This document shows positions 1-11,201 of a stretch of 64,000 nucleotides of DNA, in pieces; within the stretch, counting starts at the first letter, position 1; every line of letters starts with the position of its first letter. The DNA lies in assembly GCA_030390025.1 (NCBI GenBank), contig CM059432.1:22694001-22758000 (forward strand), given 5' to 3'. Below the pieces are notes generated by a model. It did not search any database. It was not told the DNA's origin and saw only the letters and a program-made list of their open reading frames with translations. Source of the DNA: Squalus acanthias (Eukaryota). The translations under genes and the position numbers were made by a program.

Positions 1-2036
1 GTATTATGCAATGAGAAAGGATTAATTAGCAATCTTGTTGTGCGAGGCCCCTTGGGTCGGAGCGATCATAATATGATAGAATTCTTCATTAGGATGGAGA
101 GTGAAGTAGTTGAATCAGAGACTAGGGACCTGAATTTAAATAAAGGAAACTACGATGGCATGTGGTGCGAGTTGGGTAGGATTGATTGGGGATTGTCACT
201 CAAAGGGTTGACTGTGGATAGGCAATGGCAAACATTCAAAGACCGCATGGACGAACTGCAGAATTTGTTCATCCCAGTTTGGCATAAGAATAAAACAAAA
301 AGGGTGACTCAACCATGGCTAACAAGGGAAATTAGGGATAGCATAAGATCTAAGGAGAGGGCATATAAATTAGCCAGAAAAAGCAGTAACCCTGTGGATT
401 GGGAGCAGTTTAAGATTCAACAAAGGAGGACAAAGGGATTAATTAAGAAGGGGTTAATAGAATACGAGAGTAAGCTTGCAGGGAACATAAAAACTGACTG
501 TAAAAGCTTTTATAGATATGTGAAGAGAAAAAGATTAGTGAAATCAAGCATAGGTCCCTTGCAGTCAGAATCAGGGGAACTTATAATGGGGAACAAAGAA
601 ATGTCAGACGAATTAAATACATATTTTGGTTCTGTCTTCACAAAGGAGGACACAAATAACCTCCCAGAGATGTTGGGGAACATAGGGTCTGATGAAAGGG
701 AGGAACTGAAAGAAATCAGTATTTGTAGGGAAATGGGCAAAGTCAACATGGATTTACAAAAGGTAAATCATGCTTGACTAATCTACTGGAATTTTTTGAG
801 GATGTAACTGGTAGAATAGATAAGGGAGAACCAGTAGATATGGTGTATTTGGACTTCCAAAAGGCTTTTGATAAGGTCCCGCATAAGAGATTAGCGTGTA
901 AAGTTAAGGCACATGGGATTGGGGGCAAGGTATTGACTTGGATAGAGAACTGGTTGGCAGACAGAAAGCAAAGAGTTGGAATAAACGGGTCTTTTTCCGA
1001 GTGGCAGGCAGTGACTAGTGGGGTACCGCAGGGATCGGTCCTTGGACCCCAGCTATTCACAATATATATTAATGATCTAGACAAGGGAACTAGATGTAAT
1101 ATCTCCAAGTTTGCAGATGACACAAAACTGGGCTGCGAGGAGGATACCGAGAAACTCCAGGATGATTTGGACAGGTTGGGTGATTGGGCAGAAACATGGC
1201 AGATGCAATATAACGTGGATAAATGCGAGGTTATCCACTTTGGTGTCAAAAACAGAAAGGCAGATTATTATCTGAATGGCAATAGATTGGGAGAAGGGGA
1301 AGTGCAACGAGATCTGGGTGTCCTTGTGCACCAGTCGCTGAAGGTAAGCATGCAGGTGCAGCAGGCGGTTAAGAAGGCAAATGGTATGTTGGCCTTCATA
1401 GCGAGAGGGTTTGAGTACAGGAACAAGGATGTCTTGCTGCAGTTGTACAGGGCCTTGGTGAGACCACACCTTGAGTATTGTGTGCAGTTTTGGTCACCTT
1501 ATCTGAGGAAGGATGTTCTTGCCATGGAAGGAGTTCAGTGAAGATTCACAAGGCTGATACCTGGGATGGCAGGAATGAGGTATGAAGAGAGATTGGGTCG
1601 ATTGGGCTTATACTCGCTGGAGTTTAGAAGAATGAGAGGGGATCTCATTGAAACTAAGAAAATTCTGACAGGACAGGACAAACTAGATGCAGGAAGGATG
1701 TTCCCGATGGTCGGGGAGTCCAGAACCAGGGGTCACAGTCTAAGGATAAGGGGTAAGCCATTTAGGACAGAAATGAGGAGGAATTTCTTCACCCAGAGAG
1801 TGGTGAACCTGTGGAATTCTCTGCCACAGAAGGCAGTAGAGGCCAATTCATTAAATAGATTCAAGAAGGAGTTGGATATATTTCTTAAGGCTAAAGGGAT
1901 CAAGGGATATGGGGAGAAAGCAGGGACAGGGTACTGAATTTGGATGATCAGCCATGATCGCATTGAATGGCGGAGCAGGCTAGAGGGGCCGAATGGCCTA
2001 CTCCTGCTCCTATCTTCTATGATTCTATGATTCTAG
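1..2036 (+). mobile_element. CR1-clade LINE, ORF2 (end of APE endonuclease + RT) and 3' UTR; defective
   Basis: ORFs 40-777, 774-1541 and 1566-1937 carry CR1 ORF2 motifs ([57 protein letters not shown]). A frameshifting internal deletion at ~735 joins EISICREM to GQSQHGF. Premature TGA at 1539. 3' hairpin ggagcagg..cctgctcc (1972-2010) and (ATTCTATG)n tail. Confidence 0.95.
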
Positions 2037-2037
2037 A

Positions 2038-2690
2038 TAGGTCTGCATGTGATGACAGACCCAGCACCAGTGGGCATCCCCATGGCTGAGAGCGTGGGGG
2101 AGTCCACATTCAGCCTCTGCAATGTCATTTTGCATGGCATCACTACTCTAACATCTACCCTGGAGAGTGTGATCACCTCCAGGGAGGCTGCAGCAGGGTT
2201 CTCACAGCAGGAGTCTGTGTTTGCAGCTTTGGTGGAAGCTCAAAAGGTTGACATGCAGATTCTGGGCTCCACAATGGTGAGATCGGTGGATTGAATGGAT
2301 AGAGGCATTGAAGGGGTCACTCATCTTCTGCAATCTGCTCTCCCATGGATCAGTGGAAGTGATGAGTCTCAAACCCAAATGAGTGGCAGTGGTGCGATGG
2401 AAGCAGTGTGTGCTGGCCTCTCTCAGGATGTCAGTACGTCTGCACATCAGTTCATTCTCCCACCCCCTCAATCAATACCGACCACAGTGTCAGCAAGTCA
2501 GCTGGACCAGTCTGCCCCGGCAGCAGCTGAGATGGAGCAGCCTGCGGCCAGGCTCGAGCACCCAGTAGGCACTGGCTAAGAGCATCTCAAGAGTTCCCAC
2601 ATGAGGGACAGCAGCTTTGCTCAAGCCACTAGGGTAGAACATGGTAGGAGTAGTAGATGTAGATAACCATCTATAAAGAAAAGCACTATA
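2038..2690 (+). pseudogene. Decayed last-exon remnant of a Harbinger Myb/SANT-like gene
   Basis: Translation (SVGESTFSL..., SQDVST..., AAAEMEQ) resembles 53200-53959 (SVEESTSNI..., SQDDSI..., AAHAEVVQ) of the Harbinger Myb gene in this window. Confidence 0.55.
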
Positions 2691-3547
2691 TGTTGATCAC
2701 CTGGGTGAGAAGTGAATGGAAGACATTTATGATGCTTGACATTAAATGAATCACCTTTATCACATTTGCCACTATGGTATGTAGTGTAGTTTCATACCAG
2801 CTTCGGAGTCTGCATTGTCAGAATGTCATTGATATAGAAGCTTTCAGAATGATTTAAACATTCTTCAATGCAGGATGAAGAGAATAGGGAGGAATGTCGT
2901 GCAGAGTTTCAGGACAGGGAATTGCTGAGCTATGAGCCGATCCCTGATACCTCTGGCTGCAAGGCGTTAAGGCGGCCCTGCGTCCTCTGCTGCTTCCTCT
3001 CCTTACCCCAGGTCTTCCTAGAACTATAAAATGGGCACTGTACAGCAGGCTGTTGAAGGAACCAAGCCTGCCCTGTAATCCCAAAAGTGTAATGTTACCC
3101 CTTTAATTGCACAAGGATTGAAGGTGCTTATTTTTGTACAACATGCTCAATGCAAACACGAAACCAAATATACTTACATGCATAAACCATAAAGGTATTT
3201 CCTACCAGTTGATTCCTACCTGATTAGTTATATACAGGAAACTTTTGTTTATCCGGCACCCAAATATCCGGAATTCTCGCTTAACCGGCAAAAATCATCC
3301 TCCGAAAACTCCTCTCAAATAACCGGCAATGTTGCCGAGTCGCAGTCGAGTCTCCGCGAATGGCGAGTGCTCCGAAAACTCCTCTCAAATAACCGGCAAT
3401 GTTGCTGATCCCGAGTCCGAGTCCGAGTCCGTGAACGCCGATTTAGTCAGTAGGGGTACTTTTCAAAAGTGTCACTACTCGGCCTCCTGGCGCTGTCGCA
3501 AGTCCGAAACATTGCAGTAGCATGAGTAGATTCTCCCGCGCTGCCTG

Positions 3548-4000
3548 GAGTCTCTTCTGATCGGCCATTTTGCTGGGTGTCATCCACGATGCTGGTAGTC
3601 TCTTCTGATCCACCATTTTGCTGTGTGTCTCCCATGCTGCTGGTACTGTAGTCTCTTCTGATACACCATTTTGCTGTGTGTCTCCCACGCTGCTGGTACT
3701 GTAGTCTCTTCTGATACACCATTTTACTGTGTGTCTGCCACGCTGCTGGTACTGTAGTCTCTTCTGATACACCATTTTGCTGTGTGTCTGCCACGCTGCT
3801 GGTACTGTAGTCTCTTCTGATACACCATTTTGCTGTGTGTCTGCCACGCTGCTGGTACTGTAGTCTCTTCTGATACACCATTTTGCTGTGTGTCTGCCAC
3901 GCTGCTGGTACTGTAGTCTCTTCTGATACACCATTTTGCTGTGTGTCTGCCACGCTGCTGGTAGTCTCTTCCTAGCCACCATTGTTCTGTGTGTCTTTCC
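3548..4000. repeat. 53-bp tandem repeat array inside the Tigger 5' region
   Basis: Unit gtagtctcttctgatacaccattttgctgtgtgtctgccacgctgctggtact starts at 3595, 3648, 3701, 3754, 3807, 3860 and 3913, with degenerate units at ~3548 and 3961. Confidence 0.97.
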
Positions 4001-4035
4001 ATCTTCATCGGCAATTATCTCCTCCATCTTGCATT

Positions 4036-5808
4036 ATGGAATTCCCAAAAGCTGGTCCAAGCAAAAGGAAGAGAGTGGTCTTAACTTTAAAACAGAAAAT
4101 CGAGATATGCCAACGACTAGAAAGGGGAGAGAAGCGTATCAACATTATGAATGAATTCAAAATCGGTTCGTCAACAATCTACGACATCAAATCGCAGAAG
4201 GATAAGCTGCTCAAGTTTTATTCAAGCTCGGAGACATGCAAGAGTGTAGAGAAACGGCGTACGCTTCGTAAGCCTAAGCTTGAAGAGCTGGATACCGTGC
4301 TTTATGAATGGTTTTCTCTTAAGCGTTCAGAGGGTGTTCCAATTTCCGGACCCATGCTAATCGAGAAAGCAAAGGATTTCTACGAAAGGATGGAGCTCAC
4401 TGACAAGTGTGCTTTCTCCGATGGATGGCTAACGTGCTTCAAGTTACGGCACGGGATACGACGACTCGATATTTCCGGGGAGAAGAAATCAGCTGATCAC
4501 GAAGCCGCAGAAGAATACTGCGATTATTTCAATCAGATTGTGCAGCAACATGATTTGTCGCCAGCACAGATCTACAATGCCGATGAAACTGGCTTGTTTT
4601 GGAGGTTTTTGCCAGAATCAACGCTTGCTGGGGCTAGTGAGGCTAATGCTACAGGTTACAAGAAAAATAAAGATCGTGTAACCGTGCTAACATGTGCGAA
4701 CGCCGCTGGATCACACCGGGATAAACTTCTTGTTATCGGGAAGTATAAAAATCCCCGTGCATTTAAAAATGTGAGGCACTTACCTGTTGAGTACAAAGCT
4801 CAAAAAAATGCTTGGATGGATAAGGAAATCTTCTCCGATTGGTTCCATCATATTTTTGTTCCATCTGTGAAGGAACATTTCCGCAGAATAGGGAAACCTG
4901 AAGATAGCAAATGCATTTTATTGCTTGATAATTGCAGAGCCCATCCGCATGAATCCCAGTTGGTTTCGGGAAATATTTTCACCATTTATTTGCCACCAAA
5001 TGTAACTTCTCTCATCCAACCCATGGACCAGGGCGTTATCCAAAATCTGAAGTGTCATTACAAGAAAGACTTCCTACGTAAACTGCTAAGCCAAGATGAG
5101 AATATTCAAGATTTGCAGAAGGAATACAATATTAAAGATGCCATCTATAATGTTGCATGTTCCTGGAAATTGGTGAAAGGTCACACTCTGAGGCAAGCCT
5201 GGCGCAAATTGTGGCCTTCTGTAATGTTTGCTGAAGGTTCTTCTTCAGAGGATGAATTTCATGGGTTCAGTGTTCGTCCGAAGAAGAGTACAATAATGGA
5301 AATGGCTGGAATGGTGAAAAATCCAGGCCCAGCAAACCCTCTACGTCACCTCAGTGAAAGTGATATCGAGCAGTGGGTTAATGCAGATAGAGAAGTTGGT
5401 GTTGTGCATATGCTAAGTGATGATGAAATAATTCAGAATGTTTTGAATCCAAAGAAAGAAAAGGAAAGCGAGATGGAAAGTGAAGAGGATGAGATTTCTG
5501 AAGAAGAGAAGATTTCTTGGGCTAAAGCTACAGAAGGATTTTCTACAATCCTCAAATTTGCTGAAAGGCAGACTTGCTACTCTGCACAAGAAGTTATGCA
5601 ACTCCATATTCTGCATTCCACCTTTCTACAGAAAAGGCAAGAGTCCACTAAGCAAACCGACATCCGCAACATGTTTAAGAAAGCTTCCAAAAGAGTCGCA
5701 GCAGCGGAAGTGCCTGAAGAATCTGTGGCATCGGTGGAACTGCGTGATCCTGATCACCCAGCTGGCACGGATACGGATATTTCTGATGAACCAGATGACT
5801 CGGAATAA
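4036..5808 (+). CDS. Tigger/pogo transposase, 590 aa, uninterrupted
   Basis: ATG at 4036 in ORF 3982-5808. N-terminal HTH and CENP-B-type DNA-binding region ([35 protein letters not shown]). Catalytic [10 protein letters not shown] / LLLDNCRAH / IQPMDQGVI with 32 residues between the 2nd and 3rd Asp. C-terminal QTDIRNMF. Confidence 0.95.
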   Translation: MEFPKAGPSKRKRVVLTLKQKIEICQRLERGEKRINIMNEFKIGSSTIYDIKSQKDKLLKFYSSSETCKSVEKRRTLRKPKLEELDTVLYEWFSLKRSEGVPISGPMLIEKAKDFYERMELTDKCAFSDGWLTCFKLRHGIRRLDISGEKKSADHEAAEEYCDYFNQIVQQHDLSPAQIYNADETGLFWRFLPESTLAGASEANATGYKKNKDRVTVLTCANAAGSHRDKLLVIGKYKNPRAFKNVRHLPVEYKAQKNAWMDKEIFSDWFHHIFVPSVKEHFRRIGKPEDSKCILLLDNCRAHPHESQLVSGNIFTIYLPPNVTSLIQPMDQGVIQNLKCHYKKDFLRKLLSQDENIQDLQKEYNIKDAIYNVACSWKLVKGHTLRQAWRKLWPSVMFAEGSSSEDEFHGFSVRPKKSTIMEMAGMVKNPGPANPLRHLSESDIEQWVNADREVGVVHMLSDDEIIQNVLNPKKEKESEMESEEDEISEEEKISWAKATEGFSTILKFAERQTCYSAQEVMQLHILHSTFLQKRQESTKQTDIRNMFKKASKRVAAAEVPEESVASVELRDPDHPAGTDTDISDEPDDSE

Positions 5809-6997
5809 GTGTACAGTCAACTACAGTACTGTAGACAGTCGTTTATAAGTTTTGTTTTACTGTTAAGTAATTAAAGAGTTATGGATTACCCTCAACTGGC
5901 AGTACTGTACTTAATCAAGCATCTTCCACTATCCATTTAACACAACATTCTGTAGGTGAGTACCCAAATACCGTATACTGCACATTTCTTGATTTTTTTA
6001 TGTTAAAAATAGCCTCGGTAGATATAACTCTCCGTTATCCGGTACTTTCGATAAACCGGCACCACGCCGATCCCGTCGATGCCGGATAAACAAAAGTTTC
6101 CCTGTATTTTGTATTCCGTTCCACCCAGCATCAGTTGAACTTATCATTACTTTTACAGGCAGGACAGAAGATTGTAATAGTTATGAAATAAAAATACCAG
6201 AAAATAAATCAGTTCAGAAATATGATGCTGTTTCAGTGGCCGGGGCCAATTTTCTTATGTCTCCACTGAGGATGGGGGGGAGCATGCTAGATCCAAGCCT
6301 GCTGGTTCTACATTGCTCCATTAAGGTACCAGTCCGAGACCAGTATCTGTGGTATAACAAGCCCCCTAGATTCTTTTAGAAGTAACAGTCCAGATGAAGA
6401 AAAATGATTTCAATGCAAATGCGCTATCTCATTTAGTTGAATGGATATTGATTAATCCTATAAAACTATCCATTCTTCACCTATGTAATTAAGGGAGAAG
6501 CAATGCAATTCTAAGCTCCCATTCAGAGTGTATAGACTCAAATTCTAGTCTCAACTATCAATCAAAGCCCATGACAAGTTCAGCGATTATTGCTAGACTG
6601 ATACATGAAGTTAGTAGCACTCTACCTTGGTGGGGGAGAAGAAAATGCGTTGTCAATTATTCTACCCCCAAAAATATTGATCCGTATAAAATAGCACTAG
6701 GCTTGGAGATGTCTCTGACCCAGAGGGTTGTACATTTAAGGATAAAAGGAAATCAGCATGGTAGCAGAAAGGCTGAAAGGAAAAGTTAGTGCAACAAGGA
6801 TGGTTTTCTGCAATAGCTTTCTTTCCTGGCAAACATTGGATTGAAAGTGCATGGACCTAAGCTCGCAAAGGGCATTAAGTGGTGCAGGAAAATAAGACAT
6901 TTAGTGATTACTGATGTAAGATTACTGTGCCTGTTGATTCCCAGATAAGATTTGCCATCGTTTATAAATATGGATGTTATGTTAGCTTGTTTCCAAT

Positions 6998-7937
6998 TGT
7001 GAGTCAGTCAGTAATGACCACTCAGAGTTCTTGGACAAGACACAAATAGGCAGCAGCCAGTATGTTTGAGCAATAGATCAGATTTATTAAGCTTACAGCG
7101 TAATCAATACTTAACATTAGGCGATAGTAACGAATAGCTCGCAGCCCTTGGTTTCTGGAGCCCTTTGGACACAGGCAACGTCGTCACAGGTCTGTTCCTT
7201 ATCTTCGCAGCAAATTTCTGTGTGAAACTGTTCTTTAAATATCGAGGTTTTAACCCATTCCTTATCAACAGTTCAGTTGGCCAGTGTCCATATATGGTCT
7301 TTAACAAAATCACCTTTTTTAATTGGTTCTAATGATCAAAATACCATTGTCACTCAGGTTAAGGCTAGTAACCTGGCCACTTCTTTTCCAGTATATTTCC
7401 ATTAACTCTGTTCTGCTGTCATGTTATCTTGTTTATAGCTTTTCACCCCATTGGAATTTACTTTATCTCTTTCATTTCTAGCTTCAAGCAGCACAAGGCC
7501 TTTCTCTACACCAAGGGCCCAGATCATTTCAGCGCTGTTTCACTAGTCTTGATGTATGCAGACTATCTCACTTTAATCTACCAGATAAATACCTTAACTT
7601 CCATGATCTCTCTCATTTATTGGAATTTATACTAATTATCCTTTAAATATTGTTGCAATTAGTTTTGTTAAGTGGATTCTAAGTTCTAACAGCATTATAA
7701 TATGTTTTTCTTAGCAATTTAATGATTTGACCTTCACTTGCAGTCTGTGGCTGTTTGTTAACAAAGCTTAGTCAAAACTGCTTTTGAACTGTCTGCAGCT
7801 ACATGTTGAACAAGTCTTAGCTTTCTAGTTACCCAGGAGTAATTATGGGTAATATTATTTGGTCAATGGCTACACTTAAAGCTATACATATATGATTCTC
7901 ATCTACTAAATATCTTTAAATATCAGCTTTTCGTACA
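6998..7937 (-). mobile_element. Solo LTR (ERV or Gypsy type), ~940 bp
   Basis: TG...CA termini with a perfect 4-bp TSD CAAT (6994-97 / 7938-41). On the minus strand a TATTTAAA (~7234-41) precedes AATAAA (~7083-88). Confidence 0.7.
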
Positions 7938-8607
7938 CAATCCTGTGCCACCTCACCAGTTCGGGCATGAAATTGGCAAAGCAGCTGTGCCACCCGACTA
8001 AAGCCACCATTGGGAGATCCGAACCATTGTCAAGCTTGGGCCTCATTTGAATGCAGTTGATGAGCAGTGGGCACAAAATGGGAGCTCTGCTGCAGCTTAC
8101 TGGCTCAGGGAGTGGGAGGGGGGAGGGTGGTAATGGAGGAGCTGGTCGGCAGGTAGGGCTTTACGAATGGCTGATCTCGGAGTGGGGGGGGGGTGGGGAG
8201 TCAGCATGGCCCGGCAGCGGGCCATAGTATTTTTGGGAAGCCAGCAGGAGCATTTTTCCTGGCTCGACAAAAATAAAAAGACAAAGATATATTTGGGGCC
8301 CTTTTGTAGAGCGTCCACCAGCAGTCTCGTCAAGGACCACTGGTTCGACCACTCACGCCTGGTAAAAATGGGCAGAGAGTGTGTGGCGCACGCTCATTCA
8401 TTTGTAATTCGAAATAGCAACCAGGGTCTTTAGCCAGCATATGATCCCAATTTGCAAATTTAAAGAACCACCCACCTGAAATAAGCAGACCTGCCATGCA
8501 AGTCCACCTGAAAAAGGGGTGGCCGAGGTTACCCCTTCCCCACCACCCTGATTTTTCTCTGCCAACTGCCCATTTTTCAAGGCAGGCAGCAATTAAAAAT
8601 CCACCTT

Positions 8608-8650
8608 CAGGGTTCTGAAGAAGGGTCATCGACCTGAAACGTTAACTCTG
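8608..8650 (+). ncRNA. Minimal type I hammerhead ribozyme motif
   Basis: Stem I CAGGGUU/AACUCUG (7 bp incl. one GU), core CUGAAGA, stem II GGGUC-AUC-GACCU, GAAA, palindromic ACGU in place of stem III, predicted cleavage after GUU (8643). Confidence 0.7.
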
Positions 8651-8712
8651 TTTCTCTCTCCACAGATGCTGCCCGACCTGCTGAGTATTTCCAGCATTTT
8701 CTGTTTTTATTA
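8608..8712 (+). mobile_element. Penelope-like element terminal fragment
   Basis: Same sequence (gacctgaaacgttaactctgtttctctctccacagatgctgc..tttccagcattttctg) as the terminus attached to the GIY-YIG fragment at 38262-38906. Confidence 0.85.
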
Positions 8713-9839
8713 CTGGCTTCAACTCCTTTACCAAGATGGCGCCTTGCACTAAACGCGGGTTAAACCCGCAGTTCAGCTCAATACCCCACCTTGTCCACCT
8801 CGGAGGATCTTTAGCGCCTGAATGAGCTGCCGAAAATCACCCCCAATCTTCCTGGGGATTTGTTTGTTTTGAGCTCTTTACCTCTGTTAGAATCTTATTC
8901 TCATTGATGTATAAGTTCATAAGTAGGCCTGGAGATACCCCATTTGTGGAGTGCAGGATACTATGGTCTTCTCTAATGAATGTTCTGAAGATTCTTTACA
9001 AATGCTTTCTCCCACCCCATTACAAGAGGTCTGTCTCTCTATAGGCATTCATTTTACCTATTTACTTTGCTCTCTCCAGTAGAAGTTATAACAATTTCAC
9101 CATCTTTTTGGTCACTGTGAAAGTTTCAAACAGCAAAAATGAGTTACTTCACAGAAATCAATGTAGCAATTGTTTTCTTACTTTAGGTTACAGTACACAA
9201 ATAGGACTGACTCATACGACTGCATGTGACATTACTCAGGAGCCTGGAGCAGTGCACTGGAATGCAACCCCATTACATCTGCTCCGAGATTTGTAACAGT
9301 AATTACTTGTTGAAACTGCACCTAAAGCGTGGGTACTCTTAATAAACTGCCACTACAACTATCGATCCTTTTGAAGTTACTGTAATAAACATAATTCATC
9401 TGATGTTTGCAGTACGCGAGAAAATGGGATGCATAATTGTAGATACTTCCGCTGTTTTATAAATTAACGCTTTAAGTACTATTGCAGCATTTCAGTAATA
9501 GGGCATATTTCATGTTATCACTTGATTCAACTAGGAATAAATTGGTCTTTTTATTTTGTTTTTCCGATTATGGAGACTCAAAAATTCAGATATGCCTGAA
9601 GACAGAATTTCAATACTGATTCTGCTGGCTAACCATGAGTATCTCTGAACCTAGGGACATAAACACAGTTTCCCCTCCTCCCAACACTCTGAGAATACAT
9701 GATTAAGATTTCCTCTCACCCTCAATTTATTGAAAGGTGACTTCTAAGCAAATAAAAGTAATGGGAAATAAAAACACATTATTTGCTTTATTGTTCTGCC
9801 TAGATTGGTTTTTGAGCTGTAAGATTCGACTAACAAGCT

Positions 9840-10002
9840 AGGTGGTGAGCCGATCATCGGGAATTTCTTGGAGGTTTTCCCGATCAGCCATTGTAACTTC
9901 TGCAGAAACCCTGCTGACACATCTAATCCGGGCATTCCGCTGAAGTACGGCCGCTGATTGGGAAAACCTCAAAGGAAATTCCCAGCAATCATCTCACCAC
10001 CT
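9840..10002. repeat. Imperfect inverted repeat (MITE-like hairpin)
   Basis: Arm aggtggtgag..gggaatttcttggaggttttcccgatcagc (9840-9889) pairs with gctgattgggaaaacctcaaaggaaattccc..ctcaccacct (9953-10002). Confidence 0.7.
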
Positions 10003-10121
10003 GCTACTTGACCTCAATTGTACTAAACTGCTGACCACCTAATTTCTCTTCGTAGTTCCAGTGCTACCTAACATTGCTAATGGTTCCCTCTCTTCAGCTA
10101 CTGTCCTTCCTTTCAAAACCA

Positions 10122-10450
10122 GTGTCAACCATGACTCAGTGGCACTCTTGCCTCTGAGTCAGAAGGTTGTGGGTTCAAGTCCCACTCCAGAGACTTGAGC
10201 ACAAAATCTAGGCTGACACTCTAGTGTAGTACTGAGGGGGTGCTGCACTGTCAGAGGTGCCGTCTTTCGGATGAGACTGAAAGTTAAACCTCTCTGCCCT
10301 CTCATGTGAATGTAAAAGATCCCATGGCACTATTTCAAAGACTGGTGTCCTGGCTAATATTTATCACTCAACCAATTTCACTAAAACAGATTAGCTGGTC
10401 ATTATTGTATTGCCATTTGTGGGATCTTGCAATATGCAAATTGGCTGCTG
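10122..10450 (+). mobile_element. tRNA-derived Deu-domain SINE (SacSINE1/AmnSINE-like), interrupted
   Basis: B box ggttcaagtcc and central ggtgccgtctttcggatgagac..aaaagatcccatggcactattt. Resumes as cctactttaca at ~10755. Confidence 0.8.
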
Positions 10451-10754
10451 GACCTGTTTCTGGCTGGGACGGAGATCACCTCTTACAGAAGGTAGGTACT
10501 GCAGGGAATTCAGGGCCAGCGGGATCTCCTGGACTAGACTGACCTAGATGGGTCAGAGAGGAATTTCCCAGATTTTTTTCCCCAAATTGGCCTGGGTTTT
10601 TTAGCTGGTTTTTTGCCTCTCCCAGGAGATCACATGGTTTCAGGTGGGGTGGGAGTGTATATATTGTGATACACAAGGTATCGCAATTGTGTGGGACAGG
10701 CTCGATGGACCAGAGGGTCTTTACCTGTCCGTCATTGTTCGTATGTTCGTATGT
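10451..10754 (+). mobile_element. CR1 3' end of a distinct subfamily, inserted into the SINE
   Basis: Starts with DLFLAGTEITSYRR* (like the CR1 ORF2 C-terminus), long 3' UTR, tail gttcgtatgttcgtatgt. Confidence 0.65.
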
Positions 10755-10769
10755 CCTACTTTACAATTG

Positions 10770-11200
10770 CTCCAATCTGTTTCTGTCCATCTCACAACAC
10801 TGAAACGCCAATAAGTAAAGTCACAAACAACATCCTCTGTAACTGCGACCATGCTGCACTAAACCTCCTCGCCCTTATCGACCTCTTTGCTGTTTGACAC
10901 GGTCATCCAGCTTAGTAGGACTGCCCTCGCTTACTTCCAATCTTACCAATCCATTCATATCCAGAGTAGCTCCAGCAAATGTCTTCTTTTCTCGGCCCTG
11001 GACCATTATCTCTAGAGTCCCCCAAGGATCTGTAATTGGCCCCCTCTTCTTCCTCATCTATATGATGCTCTTTGGTGAAGTTATCTACAGACACAGGATC
11101 AACTTCTACATTATTGCTGATAACATCTAGTTTTACCTCTCCACCACATCTCTCGACATTTCCATTGCCTCTGTGTTGTCAGACTGCTTGTCCGACATCC
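10770..11200 (+). mobile_element. L2-clade LINE RT fragment, decayed
   Basis: HNTETPISKVTNNIL, LALIDLFAVFD, RVPQGSVIGPLFFLIYM, IADNI motifs, typical of L2 RT. Confidence 0.75.
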
Positions 11201-11201
11201 A

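Larger units (their letters stand above)
3235..6104 (+). mobile_element. Full-length pogo/Tigger (Tc1/mariner superfamily) DNA transposon
   Basis: TA at 3233-34 and 6105-06. TIR CAGGAAACTTTTGTTTATCCGGCA on the left and its reverse complement (one extra C) on the right. Repeated subterminal ccggca/ccggaa motifs. Single long transposase ORF. Confidence 0.97.
7942..8845. mobile_element. Decayed Harbinger-type non-autonomous element (partial)
   Basis: Ends in aaaatcaccccc, like the GGGG(T)GAAATT-type termini of other Harbinger derivatives here. GC-rich interior. Left end not resolved. Confidence 0.4.

Noticed and set aside
743..1249. Antisense ORFs over CR1 RT (also 28282-29349, 56777-57088, 54916-55374)
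   Set aside because: Shadow frames of LINE coding sequence.
3548..4000. CRISPR-like array
   Set aside because: Units are contiguous and near-identical with no unique spacers; no cas genes; eukaryotic context.
3982..5808. Domesticated host gene (TIGD/JRK/CENPB)
   Set aside because: Flanked by intact TIRs and TA TSDs and has a MITE-like derivative, so no gene symbol was assigned. The TTG start at 3982 was rejected in favour of ATG 4036.
9180..9325. Minus-strand coding exon after ctttag
   Set aside because: All three frames hit stops within ~30 codons and no peptide is recognisable.
10122..10200. tRNA gene
   Set aside because: A/B boxes belong to SINE heads; no complete cloverleaf or terminator.
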